Origin: an uncultured Alphaproteobacteria bacterium
Lineage (GTDB): Bacteria > Pseudomonadota > Alphaproteobacteria > Rhizobiales > Xanthobacteraceae
NCBI GenBank assembly: GCA_963811915.1
Contig: CAWETC010000033.1
Location: 3,632-67,631, forward strand
Direction: 5' to 3'
Length of the DNA stretch: 64,000 nucleotides
Shown here in pieces: positions 9,410 to 19,188 of this stretch. The position numbers and the translations under genes are program-made. The notes under the pieces were generated by a model that was not told the origin of the DNA, did not search any database, and worked only from the letters and a program-made list of their open reading frames with translations. The first letter of the stretch is position 1, and each line of letters starts with the position of its first letter.

Positions 9410-11272
9410 TCACGTCTTCGACGTGGCCTTCTTCGAAGCGAAGGTGGTCTTGAGATTGTCGAACAGCTCAACCTTCACGCCATTGCGGTGCATGATGAAG
9501 CTCTGCTGCAATACCGACAGCGTATTGTTCCACGCCCAGTAGATCACCAGACCCGCCGGGAAGCCGGCGAGCATGAAGGTGAAGATCACCGGCATCCAGC
9601 TGAAGATCATCTTCTGGGTCGGATCCGGCGGCGTCGGATTGAGCTTGAACTGGAACCACATCGTGATGCCCATGATGATCGGCCATATCCCGAGCGCAAG
9701 GTAGTGACCGAACACCGGCAAGTGCGTCGGATCGTAGTGAAACAGGCCGAACAGGGTAAACACGTTGGTCGGATCGGGCGCCGACAGATCCTTGATCCAG
9801 CCATAGAAAGGTGCGTGCCGCATTTCGATGGTGACGAACAGCACCTTGTAGAGCGAGAAGAACACCGGAATCTGCAAGGCGACGGGAAGACAACCGGCGA
9901 TCGGGTTGATCTTCTCCTTCTTGTAGATTTCCATCATCTCCTGCTGCTGCTTCATCTTGTCGTCGGGATAGCGCTCCTTCAGCGCGGCCAGTTGCGGCTG
10001 TACCGATTTCATCTTCGCCATCGACGCGTAGGATTTGTTGGCCAGCGGGAAGAACAGCAGTTTTACCAGCACCGTTACCAGCAGGATGGCGATGCCGAAA
10101 TTGCCGACCACGTGATAGAAGAAGTCCAGCGCCAGGAACATCGGCTTGGTGATGAAATAGAACCAGCCCCAGTCGATCAGAAGATCGAAATGGTTGAGTT
10201 CAAGCTGCCTGTTGTAGCCGCCGAGGCCGCCGATCGGAAAATTGATGCCGACGACGCTGGCTTCCTTGGCGCCGGCGAACAGCCGCGCATTGGCGCTGCC
10301 GGTGCCGCCGATCGCGATGGTCTGCGCATCCTCCAGATAGTCGGTCTGATAGGTCCGCACCGTGCCCACGAGATTCGACGACATCCGCGCCTGCAACTGG
10401 GCACTGGTGTCCGGCAGCAGCGCCGACGCCCAGTATTTGTCGGTGATGCCGAGCCAGCCATTGGTGACCTTGAAGTTGACCGCCTTGGCTTCGTCGATCT
10501 TCTTGTAGGAATACTCCTGCAGGCCCTGATCGCCGAGATAGCCGATCAGGCCTTCGTGCAGAATGTAGTAGCCCGAGACCTTCGGGGTGCCATGCCGCGA
10601 GATCAGCGCGAACGGATAGAGCGTGATCGGCGCATTGCCGACATTGGTAACCTCGTCCTTGATCGTGAACAGATAGCGGTCGTCGATTGCAATGGTGCGG
10701 TGGAAGGTGAGCCCCTCGCCATTGTCATATTTCAGCGTGATCGGGGTCGACGGCGTCAGGATGCCGGTGCCTTCCTGCTGCCACAGCGTATTCTGGTCGG
10801 GAAGCTTCACCGCCGGACCGCTGGCCGCGACCCAGCCGAACTCCGCATAATAAGGAGCGGCGGTTCCCGAGGGCGAATACAGCACGATTGCGGGCGATGT
10901 CGGGTCGACGGTTTCGCGGAACTGCACCAGCGACAAATCGTCGATGCGGGCACCCTTCAGCGAAATGCTGCCGATAAGGCGCGGGGTGTCGATCTTGACG
11001 CGGGGCGCCGAGGCGATGGCGGTGTCACGGTCAACCGCCGGCGCCGTCGAAGCGGGTTGCGTCATTGCCGGCGAATTGGCCGAGGGTGTCGGCGCCGCGC
11101 CGGCCTGCGGGGTCGTGCTGTCGTTCCGCGGGGTCTGCTTCGCTATCTCGGCCTGGATATGGCTCTGCGCGCGCTGCTTTTCCATCTGCGGAAGGTTGAA
11201 GAAATATTGCCAGCCAAGCAGCACGAGGCCGGACAGAATGACGGCGAGGATGGTGTTGCGATTGTCGGTCAT
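9410..11272 (-). CDS. yidC: membrane protein insertase YidC
   Basis: 620 aa with a large periplasmic domain and the conserved C-terminal core (GIAILLVTVLVKLLFFPLANKSY..MKSVQPQLAALKERY..NPIAGCLPVALQIPVFFSLY). Confidence 0.95.
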   Translation of the reverse strand: MTDNRNTILAVILSGLVLLGWQYFFNLPQMEKQRAQSHIQAEIAKQTPRNDSTTPQAGAAPTPSANSPAMTQPASTAPAVDRDTAIASAPRVKIDTPRLIGSISLKGARIDDLSLVQFRETVDPTSPAIVLYSPSGTAAPYYAEFGWVAASGPAVKLPDQNTLWQQEGTGILTPSTPITLKYDNGEGLTFHRTIAIDDRYLFTIKDEVTNVGNAPITLYPFALISRHGTPKVSGYYILHEGLIGYLGDQGLQEYSYKKIDEAKAVNFKVTNGWLGITDKYWASALLPDTSAQLQARMSSNLVGTVRTYQTDYLEDAQTIAIGGTGSANARLFAGAKEASVVGINFPIGGLGGYNRQLELNHFDLLIDWGWFYFITKPMFLALDFFYHVVGNFGIAILLVTVLVKLLFFPLANKSYASMAKMKSVQPQLAALKERYPDDKMKQQQEMMEIYKKEKINPIAGCLPVALQIPVFFSLYKVLFVTIEMRHAPFYGWIKDLSAPDPTNVFTLFGLFHYDPTHLPVFGHYLALGIWPIIMGITMWFQFKLNPTPPDPTQKMIFSWMPVIFTFMLAGFPAGLVIYWAWNNTLSVLQQSFIMHRNGVKVELFDNLKTTFASKKATSKT

Positions 11273-11285
11273 CGTTCAGGTCTCG

Positions 11286-11747
11286 TCATTCAATTCGGTT
11301 GCGAGCCCGCTCGGTTCCAGCGGAAGTTGGAACCGAGGGCCTGTGTTGTTTTGACGCGGTTTCTTCCCGTGAGCCTGCATCCACTTCGCCCGAAGACGCT
11401 TTCGCGTCGCGCGCTTTCAACGGCTGCCGGTCGAGGCGATGGAGCGCCGAGCGGAGATCGTCGAGCATGGTCGCAAAGTCACGGTTCAATGCGGCGCGAC
11501 GGCCGACTAGCACATAATCACTGTGCGGTCGCATGGATAGGACGTCCAGTCGCTTCACCAATTCGCGAAGCCTGCGCCGGATGCGATTGCGCTCGGTTGC
11601 GGTACCGTTTTTTTTGGTAACGGTGAATCCCACCCGGACCGGGCCATCATCGTCGCGGCGGCGGCTTTGCACCACGAACGCGGCGGCGTTGATCCGTACG
11701 CCATTGGCAACGGCGAGGAAGTCCGCCCGCTGCCTTAGCCGATCCAT
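11286..11747 (-). CDS. rnpA: ribonuclease P protein component with repeat-derived C-terminal extension
   Basis: GFTVTKKNGTATERNRIRRRLRELV motif. The last ~35 aa are encoded by a diverged copy of repeat family A. Confidence 0.85.
   Translation of the reverse strand: MDRLRQRADFLAVANGVRINAAAFVVQSRRRDDDGPVRVGFTVTKKNGTATERNRIRRRLRELVKRLDVLSMRPHSDYVLVGRRAALNRDFATMLDDLRSALHRLDRQPLKARDAKASSGEVDAGSREETASKQHRPSVPTSAGTERARNRIE
11303..11404 (+). repeat. repeat family A, diverged copy inside the rnpA 3' end
   Basis: gagcccgCTCGGTTCC-agcggaagtt-GGAACCGAGggcctgtgttgttttgacgcggtttcttc...ccacttcgcccgaagacgctttcg aligns with the copies at 29219, 39895 and 60569. Confidence 0.6.
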
Positions 11748-11773
11748 AATGAAATCTCTTTGGGAGGGCCCGT

Positions 11774-11908
11774 TCAGGCGCTCAGACGCTTGCGGCCCCG
11801 CGCGCGGCGCGCGGCGAGGACCTTGCGGCCGCCGGTCGTGGCGAGGCGGGCACGGAAGCCGTGACGGCGCTTGCGCACCAGTTTGCTGGGTTGATAAGTC
11901 CGCTTCAC
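11774..11908 (-). CDS. rpmH: 50S ribosomal protein L34
   Basis: GTG start. (M)[43 protein letters not shown], 44 aa. Confidence 0.95.
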   Translation of the reverse strand: MKRTYQPSKLVRKRRHGFRARLATTGGRKVLAARRARGRKRLSA

Positions 11909-12285
11909 GGGTCGTTCTCCGCTGACAATCCGTTGCCGGTCAAACCGACAACTTGCCTGATATTGAGATAAGTCCGCCGACGCTGGCAGGCCAAAAGCAG
12001 GCCGTTTCCGGCCCAAATCGAGCCGCTCCGGTGAAAACCGGATCATCGCGGACAGTTGGCGCGGCTTATACGGGAGCGACCAGTTTTCGTCAATGTTGCC
12101 GGGTGCCTCAATCGCGGTTCTTCGAAACGGCGCAATTTACCCGAATAAATCACTTTTGCCGGGGTTTTTGCCTGTGAGGACAATGATGTCCTCCCGGGCC
12201 GGCGACGGCCGATTTGGGCGATGATTATCACCGAATTTAGTCAACCCAGGCTCGGGGACATGGCAGACCCGTAAGCATATCCATA

Positions 12286-12320
12286 AAATGACAGATACAT
12301 CTGTTATCAAACTGTCATTT
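12286..12320. promoter_or_regulatory. nested palindrome between rpmH and the sensor kinase
   Basis: AAATGACAG (12286-12294) and CTGTCATTT (12312-12320) form a 9-bp inverted repeat. Inside it is ACAGAT-ac-ATCTGT (12291-12304). Confidence 0.35.
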
Positions 12321-12343
12321 GACCGGTTGCACCGCACAAAGCA

Positions 12344-13885
12344 TTGTTTGAGCATGAGGCCTCGAAACCACGAGGCCCAGAACGCAAGGCCCTTGAGGCA
12401 GTTATGGTGTCAGGGAACGATCAGTCGCTGACTACGGAAAGGCCGCGGCCTAGGCCGTCGCGCCGGCTTGGCCTGTCCGGCAAGCTGCTGCTGCTCACCA
12501 TTCCGCTGATCATGATTGCGGAAATTCTGATCTATGTGCCCGCGATCGCGAACTTCCGGATGAACCGGCTGAACGACCGGCTGGCGGCGGCGAACACCGC
12601 GGCGCTGGTGCTGGATGCCGCCCCGTCCGGGCTGGTTCCGGATTCGCTGGCCCGGCAAATCCTCGGCAGCATCGGCGCGCGGGCGGTGGCAATCAAGATG
12701 GGGCAGCAGCGCCGGCTCCTGGCCAGCGCCGGTTTGCCGCAGGCGATCGACCACGATGTCGATATGCGCTCAATGACCGTGTGGTCGGCGATCGTCGATT
12801 CCTTCGAGACCATGCTCGAAAGCGGCAATGAGACGATCCGCGTCATCGGCCCGACGCCGGGCCGCGGCCAGTTCATCGAGGTCGTGATCGACGAGGCGCC
12901 GCTGCGCCTGGCAATGTACCGGTTTTCCCGCAACGTGCTGCTGGTTGCGCTGGTGATCGCGATCATGACCGCGGCGCTGGTTTATCTCGCGCTGCATTTC
13001 CTGTTCGTGCGGCCGATGCGGCGCCTGACCGCGAGCCTTGTCGAATTTCATGAAAATCCGGAAAGCTCGGCGCGCATCATCGTGCCATCGCATCGCGGCG
13101 ATGAGATCGGCGTCGCCGAGCGCGAATTGTCCGACATGCAGCGCGATCTGGTGTCGATGCTGCATCAGAAGAGCCGGCTTGCCGCCCTTGGTCTTGCGGT
13201 GTCCAAGATCAACCACGACCTGCGCAACCTGCTGGCCTCCTCGCAACTGCTGTCGGACCAGCTCTCCAGCGTGCCCGATCCGCGGGTGCAGCGCTTTGCG
13301 CCGAAACTGATGCGCTCGCTGGAGCGCGCCATCGCGTTCTGCCAGTCGACGCTGTCTTATGGCCGCGCGCAGGAGGCCGCGCCGGACCGCCGGATGATGC
13401 TGATCGAGCCTGTCGTGGCCGAGGTGCGTGAATCCGCAGGGCTCGCTTCGGATGCCTCCATCACCTGGATCAGCGCGATCGAGCGCGGCCTGACCATCGA
13501 CGCCGATCCCGATCAGCTGTTTCGCGTGCTGCTCAATCTGGTGCGCAACGCGGCGCAGGCGCTCGAAGGCCGCCCCCGCAGCGATGCCGGGAGCATGCAG
13601 ATTCGCATCACCGGCCGCCGCGAGGGGGCGGTCGCGATTGTCGAGGTTTCCGACACCGGCCCCGGCGTCCCCCAGAAGACGCGCGATCATCTGTTCGAGG
13701 CGTTCCAGACCTCGGGAAGGCCCGGCGGCAGCGGGCTAGGGCTTACGATCGCCGCCGAACTGGTCCGCGCCCATGGCGGCGAAATCCATCTGGTGGAGGG
13801 GACCATCGGCGCCACCTTCCGGATCGTGATTCCGGACCGGCCGGTGGAACTGCTGAGCATCCGCAACGAACGGGCGCGGGCGTAA
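12344..13885 (+). CDS. membrane sensor histidine kinase (2 TM, HAMP-like linker, HisKA, HATPase)
   Basis: LAVSKINHDLRNLLASSQLL (H box), LLNLVRNAAQA (N box), DTGPGV, GGSGLGLTIAAELVRAHGG. The start may be the second ATG at 12404. Confidence 0.8.
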   Translation: MFEHEASKPRGPERKALEAVMVSGNDQSLTTERPRPRPSRRLGLSGKLLLLTIPLIMIAEILIYVPAIANFRMNRLNDRLAAANTAALVLDAAPSGLVPDSLARQILGSIGARAVAIKMGQQRRLLASAGLPQAIDHDVDMRSMTVWSAIVDSFETMLESGNETIRVIGPTPGRGQFIEVVIDEAPLRLAMYRFSRNVLLVALVIAIMTAALVYLALHFLFVRPMRRLTASLVEFHENPESSARIIVPSHRGDEIGVAERELSDMQRDLVSMLHQKSRLAALGLAVSKINHDLRNLLASSQLLSDQLSSVPDPRVQRFAPKLMRSLERAIAFCQSTLSYGRAQEAAPDRRMMLIEPVVAEVRESAGLASDASITWISAIERGLTIDADPDQLFRVLLNLVRNAAQALEGRPRSDAGSMQIRITGRREGAVAIVEVSDTGPGVPQKTRDHLFEAFQTSGRPGGSGLGLTIAAELVRAHGGEIHLVEGTIGATFRIVIPDRPVELLSIRNERARA

Positions 13886-14037
13886 GGCCCGGTCAGGGCC
13901 TGTAGAAGCCGCTTTCCGGAGCTTGCCAAGCCGGGCCGGAGCCGCTAGCTATGGCGCGCTTTCGCGACCTGCAGAAAATGTATCCCGAATGCATGCGGCA
14001 TCGGCGGGCCTTGCGCCCTGAAATGTCAGCGAAAAAC

Positions 14038-14114
14038 GCGCCCGTAGCTCAGCTGGATAGAGCACCAGACTACGAATCTGGGGGTCAGGAGTTCGAATCT
14101 CTTCGGGCGCGCCA
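14038..14114 (+). tRNA. tRNA-Arg (anticodon ACG)
   Basis: GCGCCCG/CGGGCGC acceptor stem, D arm GCTCAGCTGGATAGAGC, anticodon loop CTACGAA, T arm GGAGTTCGAATCTCT, and an encoded CCA. Confidence 0.9.
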
Positions 14115-14129
14115 CCACTTAGCAGCAGA

Positions 14130-14555
14130 TTAGGCCCCGCCTTTTGCTGGCCGTTTTGCAAAATCTGTTTCCACGATGTTCTCAAATTTCGCGATAGCGC
14201 TGTCGGCAAGCCTGCTCGTCCGCGCGCGATACTTGTCGAGAATCTCTTGGGCGCGCCGGAGCGTGTGTCCCGTGATGGAGACAATCTCTGGGACAGTGCG
14301 GCCCGCCTCGGCAAGCATCGTGACCGTGGTGCCGCGTAAATCGTGGAAGTGCAGGCCAGCGATCTCGGCGGCCTCACAGGTTTTCGCCCATTGTTCCGCA
14401 AAGTATCGCTTCTGAAACGCGAGCCCGGTTTTCGTGGTCAACATCACTGCCGCCCTTCGCGGTGCCGCGTCCAGCGTGCCCTTCAATGCCTTCGTGCATG
14501 GCACCCGAACCACCGGAGCCGCGCGGCCGATGCGCCGCGCCTTGCTTTGCCGCAA
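14130..14555 (-). pseudogene. tyrosine recombinase/phage integrase, C-terminal catalytic fragment
   Basis: GLHFHDLRGTTVTMLAEAG (HxxR), ITGHTLRRAQEILDKYRAR (catalytic Tyr region). The frame stays open up to ~14630 (IRTIRRFAWTTYDGHSITLRQSK), but the N-terminal half is missing or scrambled. Confidence 0.75.
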
Positions 14556-15235
14556 CGTGATGGAATGGCCGTCGTATGTGGTCCACGCGAAACGGCGGAT
14601 GGTTCGAATGTCAGAAGATTGCGTACATGCCGCTGCGGATTAATGGCATTACCGGCCGGTCCGTTTCGTGGCGACATCCGCGCGGGCTTGAACCTGATAT
14701 GAAAGAGGCAGCCAACTGGGGCGGCCTAAAGCGGTTTTTGGTGGCGATGGCTGCGCGCCTCTGCGCGATGACGGCGCGATACCATTGCCCTTGCGCCGTA
14801 TCCAAGGGCAAAACCGCTCAGAAAAATTGCTAGAATGATGATCAGTTCAAGCATGCGGTGCACTTAGGTAGCTGCGCGCATCGCGCCAAGTCCGACTCGT
14901 GGTGGCCCCCCAAGATGCTATAGCACGAACTCATTCATCAGCGCCGCCCGCCACAGGCCAGCGCGGCGATGACGGTAAGGGCCCACAATCCAGCGCCACC
15001 TACAGCGCCCCAGAACAGCCCATCGCCGTGAAGCCAGCCCAATACGGCACCGGAGCCGACAAGCGCCACGGCCATTTCAGCGCAAAGGCGAGTGTCGTCT
15101 TTGGTCCACTTCGGTCTCTGACCCGGCTCCATTTGAGAACAGTAGCAAAACAGGCTGCGTCGACCGACAACCTACAAGGTGTGTTTGCTACCTAATGCCG
15201 CGATTTGAGATATGGCGGCGTAATGCGCCACATAA

Positions 15236-15286
15236 TTAGGACACTCCCGGATTAAAATCAGGACACAAGGGCTTAAATACGGACAG
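15236..15286 (+). repeat. three phased direct repeats AAWTNNGGACA(C/G)
   Basis: aattaGGACAC (15239-15244), aaatcaGGACAC (15261-15266) and aaatacGGACAG (15281-15286), spaced 22 and 20 bp. Confidence 0.4.
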
Positions 15287-15503
15287 TACCCCGCGCTCAC
15301 GCATCATCGCCAACAGAGCCGCGAGGGACGATTATTCAAATTTCTTGGGGAATTTTTCGGAGAGCTTTTCCAGCTTTCGCAAAACCCGGCGGAGGGAGAT
15401 GGGGTAGGGCCGGGGGTGGCCTGATTGTGCTCGTTGCGGAATTGCCGTCGTTCACGTTGGCGGCGTCGATGGCTACTCGATATCAATCTTCCCACAGCGG
15501 CTT

Positions 15504-15869
15504 CTAAGGAGCCGGGTCTGGAAACTCTTGCTGGTAGTTCGCTAGAACTCTGTCCATTGGAGTTGAGCGCACCACTGTCCGTCTCGCGATGTGGGAATGG
15601 GATCGACGCGCTACCCTGAAGCTGTGGACCAGGATCACATCGAACGCCGGCGGCTTGACCGTCGCTGCGTCGATCATGCGTTGGAACTCCGGCCGCCGAT
15701 CGTCGGTCGCGGACGCACCCGGTTCGACATAGTCGGCGACAATCTCCCACCCGCGCGACGCGCAGTAACCCTTCGCTTGGCGGCGCTGATCCGGGATTGA
15801 TAGATCGCTCTCGGCCTGCCGTCCCGTCGAGACTCGCAGGTACAGCGCCGCCCGAACCGTTGCAGCCAT
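15504..15869 (-). pseudogene. serine recombinase (resolvase-type catalytic domain), truncated after ~95 aa
   Basis: MAATVRAALYLRVSTGRQAESDLSIPDQRRQAKGYCASRGWEIVADYVEPGASATDDRRPEFQRMIDAA...FDVILVHSF, then loss of similarity and a stop. No DNA-binding or recombinase domain follows. Confidence 0.7.
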
Positions 15870-16822
15870 GGTGATGTCCTCTCGGCCTTTCCCAAACAAC
15901 TCGTCGAACAGATCACCGAACCAGGCTTCGAAGACAGCGATCTCGGCTTCGGTCACCGGCACGTCCTTCGGCCAGTCGTCCGTCACGGCCCATGTTATCG
16001 AAACGCGCTTCGCTCGTCGTCGGCCAGGACGCGCGGGCGCACGCGCGTAGTCATACAGATCGTCAAGTGGCACGCGGGTCGGCGGACGCCGTAGCCGCGA
16101 TTTGTGAGCGGGAGCCATGGCGCCACTGTGGCAAGCCAGGCCGATCCATAGAACGGCCGATGTCTACGCCACGTTACGCTGGGGTGCCGCGAAAAAGGCC
16201 AGCCGCTCAAAGGCAGGATAAAAGCGCGCAAGGTGCGCGCGGTCGGTTGGGGCAGGAGACACCAGCAAATTCCAATGACGCGGCAAACATTGCGAGATAC
16301 CGGCACAACCTGCCGTTCTCACCAATGCGCCGCCGCTACAAAGCTTTAGGACACCTTGCGGTAAGCAAGATGACTCAGCGGCAAATTTCCACACGGATCC
16401 TGGTCGCTCTCTTCGACACCAGCACAGATGCGCTCGCGCTAAGCGAGTAGCCATGATCGCTTGGCGGCAAAGTCGCCGGCTCAGCGTCAGCCCGTCAAGG
16501 CTCGCGCTTCTCGCGACCGGCTCCGCCGGCTTGCGGCCTTGACCGGCTGCCGACGAACCGGCTGAGCTCGCCCCGAGCACGCAGCTCTCGGTCGGTAGTG
16601 TCGGGTATTTTCGATAGCGGACCAGTGAGCGGAAGCGGCAATCTCGACGCGAATGACCCGAAGCGGTCCATACCCCTGCTGAGTTTTTTTGCGGCAGTTC
16701 TGGAGTAGCGGTTAAAAATTTGACTATCTTCAACTTTGAAGCGAGATTCCCATTCGACGAACTTTGGCAGGGGCACGGCCTGCACTTCAAGTGAGTGTCC
16801 TGATTTCCGCGAGTTTTCACCT

Positions 16823-17557
16823 ATGAAGTTGAATAGTGGTGGCCTTAAGCTCAGCGCGGCCTACATTTTGTATGCTGCGGTGGTAATAACACTCGCTTAC
16901 TTCACGGATGACCCGAAGGGACGATTTGTTCTTGGCTCCCTCGCGTGGGCGCCAGCGGGGGTGACTTTTGGAATCTTGCACTTGTTTCCAGTCATGTATC
17001 GTCACGCTTGGACGAACACACCGTACTTTCTTTTCCCTGCATGCCTCGTGATCGTGTACCTGATTGGCTGGGCGATCAGTACCGCTAATCGCAGACTGTT
17101 CTATCCTAGGCGATATCTGACGACACGCTTTGTTCTCTGTCTTGCGGTTATCCCAATTATAGCTGAATTGGTAGCGGGCGCTTTGTATGCAGTCGTGGAT
17201 GGAGGTGATCCAATCAACGGCGCGTTACAGTCGCCCAGCTATTTCCTGTTGTTGACGTATTCTGACTTGCTCGTGCCAGGTCTCGCCTGCGCGACAGCGG
17301 ACTGGACGCTCCGGTCTGGCAAATGGCTGCGTCTCGGGACGATTGCGGGAGTGGGCTTCGTTTCGACGCTCCTGTACCTTTACGGCCTATTTCCGAGGGG
17401 TGGCTGGCAGTGGCCAATTTTAAGGCCGGGTCTCGCCGTCGCGATCGCCGCCCTCGCTTTCTGCTGGTTGCTAGATCAATTGACCAAAGAACGGTTAGGC
17501 AATTTGGGTCCAACCGTCCACACCACCGCAAAGCTCTCCGGCGACGAGGCGAACTGA
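16823..17557 (+). CDS. orphan polytopic membrane protein (about 6 TM), no recognisable family; GC clearly below surroundings
   Basis: MKLNSGGLKLSAAYILYAAVVITLAYF... has hydrophobic helices throughout. The first ~400 nt are roughly 50% GC by eye, versus ~63% in the flanks. Confidence 0.5.
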   Translation: MKLNSGGLKLSAAYILYAAVVITLAYFTDDPKGRFVLGSLAWAPAGVTFGILHLFPVMYRHAWTNTPYFLFPACLVIVYLIGWAISTANRRLFYPRRYLTTRFVLCLAVIPIIAELVAGALYAVVDGGDPINGALQSPSYFLLLTYSDLLVPGLACATADWTLRSGKWLRLGTIAGVGFVSTLLYLYGLFPRGGWQWPILRPGLAVAIAALAFCWLLDQLTKERLGNLGPTVHTTAKLSGDEAN

Positions 17558-18012
17558 AGAATTAGGATTTCCGTTTCTGGCCCATTCACGTCGATCCCGC
17601 GACTGGTCGAAAGGCCCGCCATAGAAACGTAACCGAACCACCAGCGAAATCGGGAAGACGGCCACCCATAGGCGTAGCGCAAGATCGTAGTCCGTCGCTG
17701 GTTATCCGGCAGGATCGTCTTGGCGGCCGCAGCATCATAGTGCCACCGCGAAGCAATAGTGCCCATCTTCATCGGCCGTGGCGCGCCATTTGCCTACTAA
17801 ACCACGAACATTTCCGTTCGTGGTCTGTTTCCCGGCAGCCGCCGCCTGCGACATATTCGTGTTGCCGATGATCCGGATTGCGTTGTCATCAACTATCATC
17901 CAACTCGACGATGCCATCTGCGATCAAGCGATAGATGCGTTTGAGGCGTTGATCCGAATCAACAACTCCACGCTGGCTCTTGCGTTAATGGATCGTGACA
18001 AGCGAACCCACG

Positions 18013-19068
18013 TCAGTCAAAGGCAAAGATGCGCTTCCAGTCCTTCTTCATGTCGACCACGGTCCACTTATTGACGGCCGCGGCGTCCAGCGCCACGCCG
18101 AGTTTCCCGAAATGCGATTGGCGGTCGTAGGCATATTCGCGTTCCGCGTCTGTATGGTGGACGATCAGCCCAAACCGCGCCCCACTGACGCCGAGCGTTG
18201 TCCATTGCAGCATTTCGAGATCGCCGTCGGAATTGCCGAAGGCTGCAATCGGACGGCGGCCGATGTGCTGGTTGATGCCGATCGGCTTGCCGGTCTTGTC
18301 GTCGATGAAGTTGATGTCGGGCAGCCGGAAGAGCGTTGGCGCGCCGTCCTTCATCTCAAAACGGGTCTTGATCGACGATCCGATCACCTGCTCGGGGGGT
18401 ATTCCGTAGATCCGCTCGGTCCAGGGCCGCATGAACTCGATACCGCCGCCTGACGCGATGAAGGTCTTGAAACCACTGGCGCGCAGGTAGGCGAGCAATT
18501 CCAGCATCGGCTGGTAGACCAGTTCGGTATAGGGCCGCTTGAAGCGGTGATCACGCGCGGTCGCGAGCCAGTCGGTGACGATTTTCTCGAAATCCGCCGT
18601 GGTCATGCCAGCATGCGTCACTGCGATCAGTTCGACCAATCCCTTTTCGCCGGAAGCCATCAACGCCGTCAGATCACCGTCAAGCACCGCTGCGAACGGC
18701 TGCTTGGTCTTCCATTCCGGGTGCATTGGCGCCATGGCCCTCACGCGATCAAGTACAAAGGCCAGTTGCACATACATCGGCTGCTCGACCCAGAGCGTGC
18801 CGTCATTGTCGAAGGTGGCGATGCGCTGATCGACCGGAACGAAGAAAGGCCCGCCTTGCGTCGTGACGCGCGCGACAAAGTCGAGAATCGAAGCCTTGGC
18901 GGCCCCCTCGTTCCAGGACGGCAGCGGGTCGCCTTGCGCTTGCGCCACCGCCGAGGTCAAGCGGAGCGAGGCAGACAGTAATGGAAGCATCGCAAGGGAC
19001 GAGAGCAGGGCCCGACGGTTTAAGGGGGGAAATCGCACGATCGGTTTCATGGTCATCTCCCTCACCAT
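18013..19068 (-). CDS. secreted HAD-like hydrolase/phosphatase (Tat-type signal)
   Basis: NRRALLSSLAMLPLL signal, ATFDNDGTLW (DxDGT motif I), FIASGGG, FGNSDGDLEML (motif IV). Confidence 0.75.
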   Translation of the reverse strand: MVREMTMKPIVRFPPLNRRALLSSLAMLPLLSASLRLTSAVAQAQGDPLPSWNEGAAKASILDFVARVTTQGGPFFVPVDQRIATFDNDGTLWVEQPMYVQLAFVLDRVRAMAPMHPEWKTKQPFAAVLDGDLTALMASGEKGLVELIAVTHAGMTTADFEKIVTDWLATARDHRFKRPYTELVYQPMLELLAYLRASGFKTFIASGGGIEFMRPWTERIYGIPPEQVIGSSIKTRFEMKDGAPTLFRLPDINFIDDKTGKPIGINQHIGRRPIAAFGNSDGDLEMLQWTTLGVSGARFGLIVHHTDAEREYAYDRQSHFGKLGVALDAAAVNKWTVVDMKKDWKRIFAFD

Positions 19069-19085
19069 TGCGGGTGGCGTTCAAT

Positions 19086-19188
19086 TAGAGCGTTTTCGAG
19101 CGAAGCGGACGCCGGTTCGCGTGAAGAAAACGCGTCAAAATAAAAATTAGAGCCCGGTTCTGATGCAATCAGAACCGATAAGGCTTTA
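19086..19188 (-). repeat. repeat family A (MITE-like, ~104 nt), inverted orientation
   Basis: The reverse complement taaagccttatcGGTTCTGATtgcATCAGAACCgggctctaatttttattttgacgcgttttcttcacgcgaaccggcgtccgcttcgctcgaaaacgctcta aligns with the other copies. Its first 3 nt are the TAA stop of the sulfatase gene. Confidence 0.85.

Noticed and set aside
9218-11620. 800-aa ORF on the plus strand
   Set aside because: It is antisense to yidC and rnpA, Arg/Gly/Asp-rich and has no motifs. This is the usual long shadow ORF of high-GC DNA. The same applies to 3909-4775, 5975-6979, 7600-8415, 12770-13690, 26152-27162, 38482-39693, 47015-47863, 48661-49992, 53238-54356, 55290-56408 and the 5' part of 35410-37020.
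14726-14854. 42-aa minus-strand ORF MLELIIILAIFLSGFALGYGARAMVSRRHRAEARSHRHQKPL (one TM helix plus basic tail), type-I-toxin-like
   Set aside because: It overlaps out-of-frame integrase debris, has atypical codon usage and no obvious ribosome-binding site. I cannot support it as a gene.
15870-16118. 83-aa in-frame extension upstream of the serine recombinase (..TEAEIAVFEAWFGDLFDELFG)
   Set aside because: It may be a separate small gene fused by loss of a stop. I recognise no family and the reading frame has no independent support.
16346-16354. TTAGGACAC also present at 15236-15244, flanking the recombinase remnant
   Set aside because: A single 9-mer match is expected many times by chance in 64 kb. 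Only the phased triplet at 15236-15286 is reported.
17476-17917. Two overlapping minus-strand ORFs (60 and 98 aa) that may be one frameshifted gene; the tail FGYVSMAGLSTSRGIDVNGPETEILIL faintly recalls lipid A deacylase (PagL-like) C-termini
   Set aside because: The similarity is too weak to call from memory and I found no signal peptide.
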